A DNA stretch of 63,840 nt, the filler included, from Reclinomonas americana ATCC 50394 (taxonomy: Eukaryota): assembly GCA_048213135.1 (NCBI GenBank). It is 5 parts of 5 records of this genome, joined end to end, with 100 filler letters (N's around TTAATTAATTAA, not from the genome) between each part and the next. Parts side by side here need not be neighbours in the genome. Positions count along the whole stretch, not along the records: positions 1 to 17,902 come from AFZH01021506.1; 4 more parts are not named here. One strand, written 5' to 3'. The notes beneath the pieces were generated by a model, which searched no databases, was not told the DNA's origin, and saw nothing but the letters and a program-made list of their open reading frames with translations. Below are positions 1 to 12,733 of the stretch, in pieces. Within the stretch, counting starts at the first letter, position 1. Every line of letters begins with the position of its first letter. Both the position numbers and the translations under genes were made by a program.

Positions 1-414
1 TCAGTCAATCAAAATGCACTTTGATGTGCCACACACACACATGCGCATCTGCACGTAACAGGGAAGATGCTCGCAGCCGTACGTCTCACGCGCAATCTCA
101 CTCGGGAACTCCTTGTGTCGACCGTGAGCGCCACTGTGTGTGAGAGTGAGAGTGTGTGTGAGAGACAACTTCAACAGTCACTTTTTTTCTCTGTGTGTCA
201 CACTGTGGAGGCACGCACCAGCTGGGGCAGTTGATGCAGCCGGGATTGATGCCACAGTTCTACGAGAGAGCGCGCGTGTGAGTGAACGAGTAAGAGAGAC
301 ATGACAAACGGTCATCCCGCCCACACGCGCGCGAAAAAGCAGACAATGAAGTGCGCGTTTTTGTGCGTGTGTGTGCATCGTTACCTGGCACACGTGGATC
401 TCCTCCATACTCAT
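1..414 (-). CDS. Putative small multi-exon gene, hypothetical protein (structure uncertain)
   Basis: ATG at 414 encodes MSMEEIHVCQ followed by a CAG|GTAACG donor. Further short exon-like segments lie between GT..AG introns, but the downstream frame is not resolved. Confidence 0.3.
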
Positions 415-485
415 GGCGTCGTGAGTGATGGCGAAACAAAGACAGGGGAGAGGGGTTGGGACAAAAATTCACTTCGCGTTCGTCG

Positions 486-1603
486 TCAAACACCTTGGAT
501 CCATTGTGGGAAGCCCACTACGCGACTGGCGAGTCCAGCGCGAGCAGTAAACGGACCCTTGTACTGGCCACTTGGCAGCGCCACCATGTAAAAGCTGCTC
601 AGATCGAAGAAGAACTGACGTCGACATCAAAACGTAAGACAACTATCTGCTGATCGCGCGCGGAGCGCTGCGTGCTGCAAGTGTGACGTACCCAGGTGGA
701 GCCGTTGGGCGAGATGCCGTTGACAGTGGGGTAGCCGGGACCGTCCGGAACGTGCATGATAACATGCGAGGCGCCGGTGTTCGGATCGATGCCGTACAAC
801 ACATAGGAGGCGACGAGCACGAGCTGCGCGCGCGCCGAGTCCCACTGCAAGTCAAGCGGCCGCGAGATGCCCGTGTGGATCGAGCTGCTGGTGACCTTGC
901 TGGTGGCCGGATCGACCTTGAGCACGACCACATCGACACCGCTGTTGCTGTCGACCACAAAGATCCGCGACACGCCGTCGCTCGTCACCGCCGCCTCCCA
1001 CACAGAGTCGAGCGCGACTGTCGCCACCTGCGTCACACTGCCCGTCGCTTCCACACGCCACACTGCATGCACTTCATCATCAGCGCGCAACGCATGCACG
1101 ACAGCAGGTGGCAGCAGCTGGCAAACCATGTTGCTGACTGACGAGCCACACTGAGTTGCCGAGTCGCACCATGCCCAGCAGCGCATCCGAGTCGCTCAGA
1201 GGCGGCATGTTGGCCAGCACTACCAGTACCGCCTAAGCGCATCGCCACACCACACGAGCAGAAGCGCACACACACCTCGCGTTTTTCCGGTGGCCACCTG
1301 CACGGCATAGATCTGCGCAACGCCAATCACCGCCACCGCCATTTCGCGCGGGCTATTCGCCGTCGGCGGCACCAGCATGACACTGTAACTGGGAAAGGTC
1401 TGCGCCACCTGCGTGCACCACGATAGCTGCGAGCTCACAGTGACATTGGCCCCCGTCTGCCCGTCGAAATGCACCAGCGAGCACGCGCCTCCGTTCTCCG
1501 GCAACCGGAAGATGCCGGCGAGCGTGGGCGTGAAGCTGGCGGCCGATACGGCCGAGAGAAGCACGAGTGAGCACAAGAGGAGAAGCCAACGCGCTGGCTG
1601 CAT
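486..1603 (-). CDS. Secreted beta-rich (propeller-like) hypothetical protein
   Basis: Signal peptide MQPARWLLLLCSLVLLSAVSA. Exons from ORFs 1220..1870 and 599..1186 join by GT-AG introns to a last exon FFFDLSSFYMVAL...PQWIQGV*. Confidence 0.65.
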
Positions 1604-1654
1604 GATTTGATAGACAATCACCCACGCGCGAGTGTGTTTGTCGTTGTGTGTGTG

Positions 1655-2562
1655 ATGGCCACTGGAGCCAACACGACGGCTGTGGGTCGACGCACAGCAG
1701 CTGCGCGACGAGAGGAGGAGCATGCGCAGTTGCTGGTGGTGGGATACGCCAGCAAACTCTTTCGCGATGATGAGATTGTTGAGTGACAACTTCACTGCAT
1801 GCACACGCACACCCTTGCACACTGACGCACACACCCTTGCACACACACACACACTGATGCACACATACACTCTCTCTCTCTCTCTGTGTGCGAATCAAAG
1901 TGAGTTGTGATTGATCATTTCTGCATTGATCATCAATATCGTAGGCAAGTATGGTCGACAGTGGGCGCTTCTTGGTTCCGTGGTTCGGGTCTGAGCGACT
2001 GCGTGTCGACCGGTACGACGTGCGACTGTTGACGGATGACTTGAGCATGTTTGCGAATCCGCATGCGGGTGTGCCACAGCCGCTGCCCAAGGACGAGGCG
2101 AACTTTGTGGAGGAGGATGGCGTGTCGTTGCGCCTGCTCAACAATGAGCGCTTCGCCGACTGCCCCGATGAGCTCTTCTATGAGCATGTCAAGGATGAGA
2201 TGCATGCGTCGGCGTCGTCGGCGTCGTTGACGCTCTTGGAGGGTGGCTCTGAAGAGGAGGATGAGCAGCAGCATCAGCGATCGAGGCGGCAGGTTGCGTG
2301 CTCTTCTCTGCACAGGACTGCCTCTGCTGTGTGCTGAAGCTTGTGAACTGCATGTGCAGGGCGCCTTCATTCCACTCAACTATGACAAGATTGGTGGCAG
2401 TGGCGGTGGGAGCGGGAGTGGGAGTGCAGCAGTGTGAGTCGACTCCGTTGTCTCGTCGTCGTTTCTCGTGCGTGCGCTGATGGTGTGCACAGAGAGGCGC
2501 CGGCCAGCAACTATCTGGTAGTGCTCGAGGACGATGGGAGTGAACGGCGTCTCGCCAAGGTG

Positions 2563-2610
<48 letters not shown>

Positions 2611-4497
2611 GCATTGGGCTCACCAGTTCGTCCCGTGTGCAGCCGGCCGACATCAAGGTGCTGAATGTGCTGCTCAGCACAGCCTCCTTTGTGGCGGAGC
2701 ATGGCAAGAAGATGGAGATCACCATCACCGTCAAGCAGGCCAACAACCCCAACTTTGTGTTCATCAAGTTGCGTGCTGACCTCCTCCGTCGAGCCCAAGT
2801 TGGTTGCCGTCGTTCCACTGACCTGCATGTGGCGCGCAGACCGTCATCGCCGTTCCACGCCTACTACCTGCACATGGTTGCGAATCCCATGATGCTGCAG
2901 TACGAGAAGAAGGCGGTGGTGGCGGCATCTGCGTCGGCGAGCACGCTCTCCTCACCCAGACGACCGGAGGTCGCCGACTCGGTGTCACCCACGCCGGCCA
3001 GCACGCGACCCGTCACTGCCGTGGCCAGCGCGGCGTCCTCGCGACCCAGCTCCCGACCATCGTCCCGCCGCAGTTCCCCCACTCGCCACTTGAATGAGAT
3101 TACGAGTTGAGTGCGTGCTGCTGTGTCGAATAATTCACGCTCCATCTGCTAAACATTTGCGCGCAGTGCCGCCACCCGACATTGTCGTGGTCATTGATCG
3201 TCTGTGTGCGTTTGTCGCCAAGAATGGGCCCGAGTTTGAGAGCGTCGTCAAGGTATGCTTTCTCGTGTCGATCTCTGTGATTGTGCTGCTGACGCTGGCG
3301 TACACACAGGCGCGCGAGAAAGACAACCCCAAATTCGCGTTTCTGCTGCCGTGGAATGAGTACAATTCGTACTACTTGCAGAAACGTGACAGTTTGCTGG
3401 CGGCCGCCAAGATGGCTGCTGCGGCCACGGAGACCAGCACACCGGCTGCGTTCTCCGGCATGGGTTCTCCCGTGCGACCAACGGAGCAGCTTCTGTCGCG
3501 CCTCGAGCCGATGCACGATGTGGAGATGGTGATTCCGGAACACATTGAGTTGGAGGAGTCAACGGCGGCCGGTGCCTTCTCGCCCGTGGAACAACCCAGT
3601 GTGGACGAGGAGGAAAGGGATCATGGCGGAGAGGAACGCGAGGATGAGCATGACGGGGAGGAGTGGGCAGCGCGTGCAGCCACCGCCGTGCGACGAGGTC
3701 GCCGGCCCACCGGCAGCGTCGAATTCATCACCGAGTTTGGCGACGAGAGCGGTGATTGCCTTTTTCACCTTGCCTTTTCCCTCCATTGTGCACGAAGCTC
3801 ACCACCTGTTACGACAGGCGAAGATGAGGATGATACGGGTATGAGTGAGAAGGCGAAGAATGGAGCAATGCAGGTGGACGGTTCGTCGACGCGACCGTCG
3901 CGTTTCGGTGTGGCACCAAAGACAGAGGAAGGTGAGGGGGCGATGGGAGAGTGTTGCTGCTGCTATTATACACCTAAAGACCTCATCGTGTTCCTTTTCT
4001 TCCCCCGCCCACCGCAGAACTGAAGGCAGACAGAAGGCGGCGCATGCAAATGCTTCTCAAACCGCTTCTCGGCGAGGTGTGTGTTCCCATCCTTTGTCTT
4101 TGTGGAGCGACGATGGTCACCCACGTACTGTAGGCTGCACCGGCGCCATCAACTGCGACACCCACTCGCGACGATTCGGCGTCCTCGGCCCGTGCACTCG
4201 GGAAGCGGCTGCGCGATGCCGAGTCGAGAAGAGAACGCGCTGAGCTGGAGCAGGTATGCATTCTCCACTCTTGTGCACACCGCCCTCCCGGTATTGATCT
4301 GCACCACACAGCTCGGCGTCTCACCTCGGCGCCCACTACAACAGCGGAGGCGCGTGCTCGGACTGCCGGGTCGCGAGACGTGTCGCGAGGAGTTGCGAGA
4401 GGCCATCTTCACCGCATGGCAGAAACACAAGTGGCCGACCACACGCGATCAACCTCCTCCTCCTCCACCACCACCACCACCACCTACACACCCATAA
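1655..4497 (+). CDS. SFSWAP: Splicing factor suppressor of white-apricot homolog (DRY_EERY domain + two SURP domains)
   Basis: N-terminal LLVVGYASKLFRDDE|..FLVPWFGSERLRVDRYDVRLL..NNERF; SURP1 TASFVAEHGKKMEITITVKQANNPNFVF..PFHAYY; SURP2 PPPDIVVVIDRLCAFVAKNGPEFESVVK|AREKDNPKFAFLLPWNEYNSYY. Confidence 0.9.
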
Positions 4498-4524
4498 CAA
4501 TTGTATTCTTCCACCCCGTAATGC

Positions 4525-5392
4525 TCATGACTGGCTGTTGCGACGCGCGAGACCCATCTTGATGAGTTTCTGTGCGTCGGCGCGCTTCAGGTATCGCGTG
4601 TTTCCCTGCCGCAGCTCAATCGACGTGCCGTCCTCGGTGACAAAGTTGCCGGCGTCCACCAGCACCAACACCTCCACGTACAGCTCCCTCGGTGGCTCCA
4701 TGTCCTGCACGCACGCACGCACGCTGCAGAGTGAGTGCACGTGGAAGAAGAAGATCAAGGTGGTTGTGGGCACGAAACGACGGTGAGATCAAAGCCGCAC
4801 TCGACCGCATACTGCGTCAACGACGAGTCATAGTTGGACCAGAACTCGCGCTCGTGCTTGCTCATGTTCTCATCGAGGCCCTCTGGTGGCTCCCGTGCCC
4901 CACAGCACCATCGCGCCACCATCAGTCGCCGCACGCGCTCATTCCTGCACCCTCAAGCGGTGAGAGAGGGGGGAGGGAGGAGGGGAAGGAGGTGACGCAA
5001 CAGGTAGGTCATTGCCAGTCGCTTGTTGCGCGTCACTGCCGTGTGATAGAACACAATGTTGGAGGCTCCATAGGGTTCCCGCCTCTCCACATAGGGATTT
5101 CTGATGACAATCGTGAGTGTGTGAGTGAGAGAGAGAGAGAGTGAGTGAGTGCCTCTCTCACGCGCTCACTCACCTCAGCGTCGTCAGCACCTCGCGATGC
5201 AACACACCAATCTCAGTGACCACTTTCTGCATGGTTTCCTCCTGATGACGCGCGCGAAACACACAGTGAGGGTGACAACTCTCTCACACACACATGTCCA
5301 TACACACACGCGCGCGCAACATCGTATGGCGGAAGACCACCATCTCGCTTCAACTGGCGCACCAGAGAGAGCGCGTTCTCGCCAGTGTTCAT
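4525..5392 (-). CDS. GINS1: GINS complex subunit 1 (Psf1)
   Basis: Spliced N-terminus MNTGENALSLVRQLKRDGGLPPYD|EETMQKVVTEI; central HTAVTRNKRLAMTY (the RNKR motif); C-terminal B-domain MEPPRELYVEVLVLVDAGNFVTEDGTSIELRQGNTRYLKRADAQKLIKMGL. Confidence 0.9.
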
Positions 5393-5457
5393 TTTGTGAG
5401 TGGAGAGGGGGTTTGCATGCTCGCGAGCGGGAATTCAGTTTCTTTTTTTACACTGCG

Positions 5458-8400
5458 TTACTCCTCCGACACGGACTCCTCCTCTTCTTCTTCTTCCTCC
5501 TCCTCTTCGTCCTCCGCCTCGTCGTCCTCTTCCTCATCCTCCTCATTGTCGTCGTCCTCTTCCTCTGCCTCCTCATCCTCGTCTTCCTCCTCCTCCGCCT
5601 CCGCCTCCTCCTCGTGTTGCTCCTCCTCCTCTTCTGCTGCCGCCGCGTGGCGACCCTTGCGTCTGCGGCCGCCGCTTGCACTGCTGACGCCACTGTGCGG
5701 TCGCTGCGATCGCGGCAGCACAATGCCACGGTCGACAACAAAGAACGACACAATGTGCTTGCAAATCTCCAGTGGCAGCGCCGGCAGCATGTCGTAGTCG
5801 ACAGCGGCCTCGCTCACGGCCACTGCCGGTGCGCCAGCTTGCACGACCGGCTGATCGTCGTCCTGAGGTGCATCGGTCGGCGATGTGCTTCGTCGACGGC
5901 GAGACAACGCAGTTGTGGTGGCAGCAGCAGCAGCAGCTGCGGCGGCTGCCTCCACCACCACCGTTGTGCGGCTCTTGCGACTGCGTGTGCTGCGCGTGGC
6001 GGGTGGCGACGGCTGCACAGGTGGAGTGCGTGGGCCGGCCTTGCGGCCGCCAGTGCGACGACGCCGTTGCTGTGGCTGCTGCTGCTCCTCCTGGCTGGCC
6101 GATGCGCGTTCCACGTTTTGCACTGGTGCCACTCGTGCTCGGGCACCGGCATTGAGGCGGCGAACACGCACGCCCGTCGCTTCCGACTTGGGATTGAGAC
6201 AAATGGACAAGACGGCGGCCTGACACGCAGGCCACAGCAGCCGATCGTACAGATACGGCCGCCACGTGATGCTGCAGTACTCGTACACCACCTTCTGAAT
6301 GTTGTTGTGGATGAACGACGATGAGCCGCCCAGCAGGCCCACCCCGTTGCGCCGGAAATGCACCAGCTCCTTGGCGCACTCCAGCGGCAGTGTGCTGACA
6401 AAACAGCGCCGCTCGTCGCGACAGTGACGGTACTGGTGTGCGTGTGGATACAAAGAAATGAGCAGACGGGAGGAAGAACGGGCAATCGGCAGTGCACGCA
6501 CATGTTGAAGCAAAAGCATGGGCGGTGGCAATGGACCGCGTCCCCTCAGGGCGTCGCCAGCACCTAATGTAGGCATGCAGTGTGAGTTGAAGAAAAAGGA
6601 CAGCGACATGCACGCTACTCACCAACAAATGAGGCCACGAGTTCGAGAAACGCCAAAAACTCGCGCATCGCATGCAACTGCGGCACCGTGCACGCATGCA
6701 TATCGTTGAGCGTGTCCTGATCCCACTCGTCTTCGTGCACCAGCGCCCCCTGCATGATGAGCAGCTCGGCCAGGTCCACCAGGCACTCGCGAGGCTTGTC
6801 GCTCAGCGCCACCATCAGCAGCGGCGTGCGGTAGTCGCCCGGGTGCACCTCCACCGGCGCACCGTACTTGACGAGAATCTCGGCTAGGTCGCGCGAGTCC
6901 TCGAAGCACGCCAAGTAGAGCGGCGAATCGCCCTGCTCGGTGCGCACGGCTGGATTGGCGCCGTTCTGCAGCAGCATCTCGACCACCGCCGCCCGCGGCT
7001 TCCGATCTGTGCTCTTGGCGGCCTGCCACACGGCGAGCAGCGGCGTGTCTCCGTCGGCGTCCAGCATCTCCAGCAAGCCTCGATCGTACTCGAGCAGCAT
7101 GCGGGCGCACTCGAGCTTGGCTCGACGGCAGGCATGATGCAGCGCGGTGCGCCCGTGCTGGTCCTGAATGCGGACCGAGGACGAGCGGAAGTCGCGCACC
7201 AGCACCCGACAGATGCGCGACAGGCCGTGATCGCAGGCGTACATGAGCGGCGTGTGACCGTGTGCCATCTCCGCGACGGTATCGTCGGCACCGCGCGCCA
7301 ACAACTCATGCACAATCCGCGCGTCCACCTCCTCCAGCTCATCCGGCCTGGCGCTCATCACCGCCGCCAGCAGCACCGACGTGCCGGCCTCAAACGGCTT
7401 GCGTGCCACCGACAGTGTGGCATTCACCGGCGCACCGGCATCCAGCAGCATGCGAAGTCCCTCCAGCCAGCGCGCAGACGCCGCCGCAAAGATCGGCTCA
7501 CGCGCCGTCACCGACGCCCCACGCTGCAACAGCAGCGCCACCATCTGCTCCTGCCGATACATGACTGCCGTGGAGAGCGCTGTCTGGCCCGCCACCGTCG
7601 TATTCACATCGGCCCCGTGCTCCAGCAACGCCGCCGCCACTTCGCAACTGCATTTTGTAAACAAATAAGGAAAGATGCTAGATTGCGCGCGAAAAAAGAT
7701 GGACGCGATGCGATGGACGGGTGATGATGAAAGAATTAAATGAACGCACCGGCCGTGACGCGCCGCGATCATCAACGGTGTCCACTCGGCCTCTGCGCTG
7801 CTCATCACTGCCGCAGCCGAGGTCGACATGTGACCACTCGCACCACCAGTGCTCATGCCGCCACTGAGCACACTCATCACCGAGCGCAGCGGCGTCGACA
7901 GCCATCGACGCACAAACGCCTGCACGACCTCGTCGACCTCCTCACGCGTGCGTGCCTTGCCCAGCCGCTCAGTGAAGGCCATGGCCGAGCCGCTCACGTG
8001 ACTTGTCACCGAGGTCGTTGTTGTTGTCGCGATCGTTGTTGCTGTCGTCATTGCTGAGAGTGAGGAGAGCGATGTCGACGAGGAGAAGGCAGAGGAGGAG
8101 GAGGAGGAGAAGGCGGCAGTGGTGGTGTGTGGTCGAGCGAGTGGCGCACGCGGGAGCGCAGGCAGGAAGAAGCGCGGTTGTGGCTGTGCGGCCACTCGCC
8201 AGGCAGGTGGCGGTGGCGGCTGCGACGCTGGTGGAGGCGTGGACATCATGGAGGAGGCGTCGTCTTGTGAGGCCACGCTGTACTCGTCCTCAGAGTAGTC
8301 GTCTTCCACTGCGGCGGCGGCTGATGATGATGATCCGGAGGCCACGCGCGCTGAAGGGAAGAGAGCACCGGTGCGGGAGGAGGAGGAGGGCGCAGACCAG

Positions 8401-8474
8401 GAGGGCAGAGGCGGCCGACTGCTGCCACTCAGAGGTGGCGGCGGCGGTTGCTGGAAGGTCGGCGGTGCCTGCAT
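5458..8474 (-). CDS. Ankyrin-repeat protein with low-complexity N-terminus, C-terminal F-box-like motif and poly-acidic tail
   Basis: About 8 ankyrin repeats (WTPLMIAA, GQTALSTAV, GHTPLMYAC, GRTALHHAC, GDTPLLAV, GDSPLYLAC). ORFs 6615..8546 and 5458..6609 join in frame through a G|GTGAGT..TAG intron; LPALPLEICKHIVSF lies near the C-terminus. Confidence 0.8.
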
Positions 8475-8553
8475 TCTCTCGCTCTCTCTCGACGACGGGA
8501 GTGTGTACAAAGTCAAGCGCGAGCATTTCCCGCATTCGGCAGGCATTCACAGT

Positions 8554-11500
8554 TTACAGCAGATCTATGATGCGTAATGGTCGCCGAATGGCGTTGGTGG
8601 TGCCCTCGTGGAACTGGTACACCACCAGCGGCTGACGATTGCTTCCGCCTGGCGACAAGAGCTGTGAGCTGTTGCTGGTGCTGCCGCTGGAGGGTGGCGA
8701 GTCGGGAGCAGATGACGACTGTGTGCGTTTGCTTGCGGTCGATGATATCCGCTGGAAGCCGCTGCGTGCAAACATGTCGCGGGCCGAGTGTCGGGGAATG
8801 CCGGCCAGTGCCGCCTTTTTCTTGCTCTTCTCATCGCTCTCCGGTGCTGGGGCTGGGGCTGGAGCCGCGGCTGCCGCGGATTCCACAACAGCGGCGGCGG
8901 CAGCGACCGAGTCGACCTCCATGGCCATCTCCGCCTCGATGGCCGCCTCGTCGGCCAGCGCCTGTTCAATGTGGTCACGCTCCCGGGTGGCCGCTGCCGT
9001 CGCCTCGGCCACTGCCGCTGCAGCCGACGCCGCCAGCGCCAGCTGCACCTCGCCCTGGATGAGGGAGCGGATGACCAGTGGTACTGACGACTGGGAGCCC
9101 GTGCGCAGAACCTGCTCGTCGGCCGAGAGCACGGCCGGTGAAGACGACGACGAGGAGGAAGGTCCCGATTTGTTCTGCCAGCGATTGCCGGATGTTGCCG
9201 TCGACGCGGCCTGCGAGACTGCAGGAGCGGCGGCCGCGACGATGCTGGCTCCGTACAGGAACATGTCAATGTTCGGCTGCAACTTGAGATCGGCCATGCC
9301 ACCGCTGCGCATCCACGGCGCGAGCGTCTCGTCGTTCGCCTGTCGTGCTCGTGACTGCTGCTGTTGCTCGTTGGCGGCGTCGCGCACGTAGCGCAAACCG
9401 TACAACACATGAATGTTGACCACGTGGCGAATCATGTCGCGCTCGTACGCCGTCAGCAAATGCACCGACGTCGGTCGCACGCGCGGACACACCACAAGTG
9501 GCAGCAGCGGAGCCACATCGCACACGAGAGCAGCGGAGGAAGACAACTGGGAGCGCATGGTGGGGCTCAGCTTGCCTTGCAGCTCGTCGAGCACGGCGCG
9601 CCGCTGCTCCCTCTCCTGCGACACCTCAAACTCCCGGCGCGGCCACACCAGCGACGGTTGTTGACCCTGCGCGCGAGTGCCCAAGTGAGTGAGCGAATGC
9701 TGACAGCACCACAGAGGCGTGTGTGTTTCTGACCGCAGGCATGCAGTAGTGCACGTTGAAGGAGGCCAGCGCCAGCGAGCCGAGCGAGTACAACTCGAAC
9801 GACTGGTCGCGATCCATCATGTGCTGCACCTCGTCGGCCACGAGAAGCCAGTCCAGCGCCGTGCACATCTGCCGTAGCGGTGTGAGCACACGAGGTCACT
9901 CACGAGCATCACATCATCGACGAGGACGGAAACGCAACATCGGTCATCAACGGATCGGCGTGCCGCATGTTGGCGTAATTCTCCAATACACCCTCCGCCA
10001 CTTTTCCGTGATCGCCAAACGCCGAAATGGCACGAACGGCCTCCCACATGGGCGACAACTGCCGCTTCTTCCGGCTGAGCAGGCGAATGGACTCGGCCAA
10101 CTCCTCGTCCTCATACAACAAGTCGTCTTCGTCCTCCACACCCGCGGCTGCCAGTGAGGCACTCGTCTCTGTGTGCACCGCGCTGCAATCAACATACAGC
10201 ACAAAAATGTGTGAGGGATGGGTGACAAAAGACGCAACTCTTGGCGGCCATGTGGAAGAATACAGAGTCTCCCTGGCCCGCCTGAGCTTTTGGGCGCGAG
10301 AAAATGGAGCGGTACACCAGCATTGCACTCTTCGAGGCATCCTTCACACCCAGTGTGCCGTCACGCAGCAGCCTGTGTGACCACGGCGGATGAGCCACAC
10401 AGCACGGGGTGCAACGATCTCCACTGTGCAGCAGTGTAACGCACCGAAAATCGAGTCGACGAGCACCCAGCGCTGCCTCGCGACACATGAATTGCATGGA
10501 CATGAGGCAGGAACGGATGTCGTTGTCGGCAATGTTGGTGAGCGCCATGAGTGTGGTGTTGTCGGCTTGAACACGTTCAGCGTGACACACTTCGTCGAGT
10601 CGCTTGATCAGGCTACCGGAGGCGTGTGTGAGAGTGAGGCGATGGCGACAAGCGAGGGCAACGCTCACCGATCCCGAGAAATCTCGCGGAACTGAAACAC
10701 CTGCGCACGCTCACGTAATGGACGCAGCGCTGGTGCGTAGGGGTCGTTGCAAATGGCAATGATGGGTCTCCGCACTACTGTTCGTGGGGCTCCTCGTCGT
10801 TTCGAACCGCTTGCCGCCTTGGTCTTCTTCTTGCCGCCGAAGAACGATGGTGCCTCGTCTTCGTCCTCGTTCTCGTCGTCGGCTTGACTGTGCGCGCCAA
10901 GAGGAATGGGCTGCCGAAACGAGGTGGTGAATGGCCTGAAACCACCCCTCCCCCAAGACGCAACTCTCCACCACCACCACCAGTACCACCACTGCGAGCG
11001 TTCTCCACAGAGTAGACGAGCTGCAAGAGGCCACGAATGGCACTCTTTCCGTCCGACCCGCCCAGCGCCCCATCGATCTCGTCCAGAATGATGCAGTTGG
11101 GCCGACCTGCCAGCACGTATTCGTAATGGTGAGTGCGGAGTGGCAGCAGAAGTAGAGGGGTGCGCACAGGATCAGCGAGTCACCATTGGTGAGCACGGTG
11201 GAAATGTCACAGGCGTCCGTCACTCGTCGCACCAGCGCATCCTTCGTCCTCTCGTCACTCGCATTCACGTCCACTGGATTGTAGCCGGCGTGGCGGCTGA
11301 CAATACGCGCGAGTGTGGTTTTGCCGAGTCCAGGCGGCCCCGACAGCAGTGCAATCCGCTTCTCAATGCCACTGACATCGCGTGCGAGTCCAGATTTGCT
11401 GCAAAATCGAGTGAGAATGGCAAGACAGGAGTCGAGAACACGCAAGCAAGCGACGCAGCGCACCGATCTCCTCGACCAAACACCACGAAATCCCACTGCT

Positions 11501-12526
11501 TGATCCAGCGCAGCAGCTCTCGATTGGTCTTCTCATCACTCAGCAAGTCGGGGAAGCGCTGCGGCGAGTACTTGTCGACCCACAAACTGGTGCTCTCCGC
11601 GGCCGCCAGCTGTCCGCGTGCGCCAGCGCGCTCAGCATTGACTTGCCGCAGACGATTGCGCCTCACCTGCACGCCACGAGCACACATGAGTACCGACCGA
11701 CACCATCAAAAACACACACACACAAACACACCACACACCTTGGCGTCGTTGATGCGAAGCAGCGTCGGTACCGGCACGCGCAGCAGCTCACTGCGGCCTG
11801 CAGCCGGAGCGGAAGCAGCCGTCGCAGTCGACACCGACAGCATGTCGTCATCGGTGGTGCCGGCGGGCACATCCAGAGTGATATACACGCGGCGGCCGGT
11901 GGTGGGATTGGTGAAGGTCAAGGACGGGCCGACTGGCGGCACCATCGGATGCACCTTCTTCACCGGCTTTGGTCTGGCTGGTGCCACACTCACGCGTGAA
12001 GTGGTGGCCGACGACAGAGAACGATGCGACATGAGTGTGCCGTACGAGGTCGGCAGCAGTGACGACGGCACAGTGGGTGCTGTGTGCGCGCACGAGTGAG
12101 CGAGAGTCAGCGCTGCGACATGCATGTGGTTACGCACCAAGATGCGGTCGCTTGCGAGCAGGGGCACCAATGTCTTCCTCTGTGTCTTCCGCTGCCTCCT
12201 CGTCTTCAAGGAGCGCTGCATCGAGTGTGTGGTAGAATGGGGAATGAAATCAAAATCCCTGATCGATCTTCTGTCAACCGGCGCATTACCTGGTTGCTCC
12301 TCCGGCGGCGTGCCTGACGAGTAGAACTCCAGTCGCCTCTTGCCGTTATCTGCATTGGCGATGAGCATCGCAGACACTCGCATGTGATCCATTCCACTCA
12401 ACTGGTGTGCGCCGGATGTGACACATCAATGCCGGCTTGTGAGACCAGCGCCAGTTCCTCTTCGATCGCCGCCTCGTCGGCCAGCATGTCGTCGAGGTCA
12501 AGGACTCCGTCATCGTCAATGTCCAT
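8554..12526 (-). CDS. CTF18: Chromosome transmission fidelity protein 18 (RFC-like clamp loader subunit)
   Basis: LWVDKYSPQRFPDLLSDEKTNRELLRWIKQWD, Walker A GPPGLGKTT, VNASDER, Walker B IILDEIDG, RPIIAICNDPYAPALRPLR, and the C-terminal Dcc1/Ctf8-binding motif YQFHEGTTNAIRRPL. Confidence 0.95.
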
Positions 12527-12733
12527 CCTGGCAGCGATGGGCGGAGACAAGTGCGATGCGCGAGATGGGGGGGTTTGCCGTGACAAAGAGCGGGACGACG
12601 AGAGGGACAATGATATGAAGTTTTTCATTGAAGTTGCTCAGAACCATGCGCCCCCGCGACGCCAGAACCGCCTGCAGAAAGAAGGTGAGTGAGGTGTGGA
12701 TAGAGAAGAATGGAAAGGAAAAAAAGGGACACG

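Noticed and set aside
5149..6324. 391-aa + strand ORF with poly-Leu/Phe hydrophobic stretch
   Set aside because: Antisense shadow of the poly-Glu/Asp tail of the ankyrin gene; most long overlapping ORFs in the track are similar GC-rich shadows.
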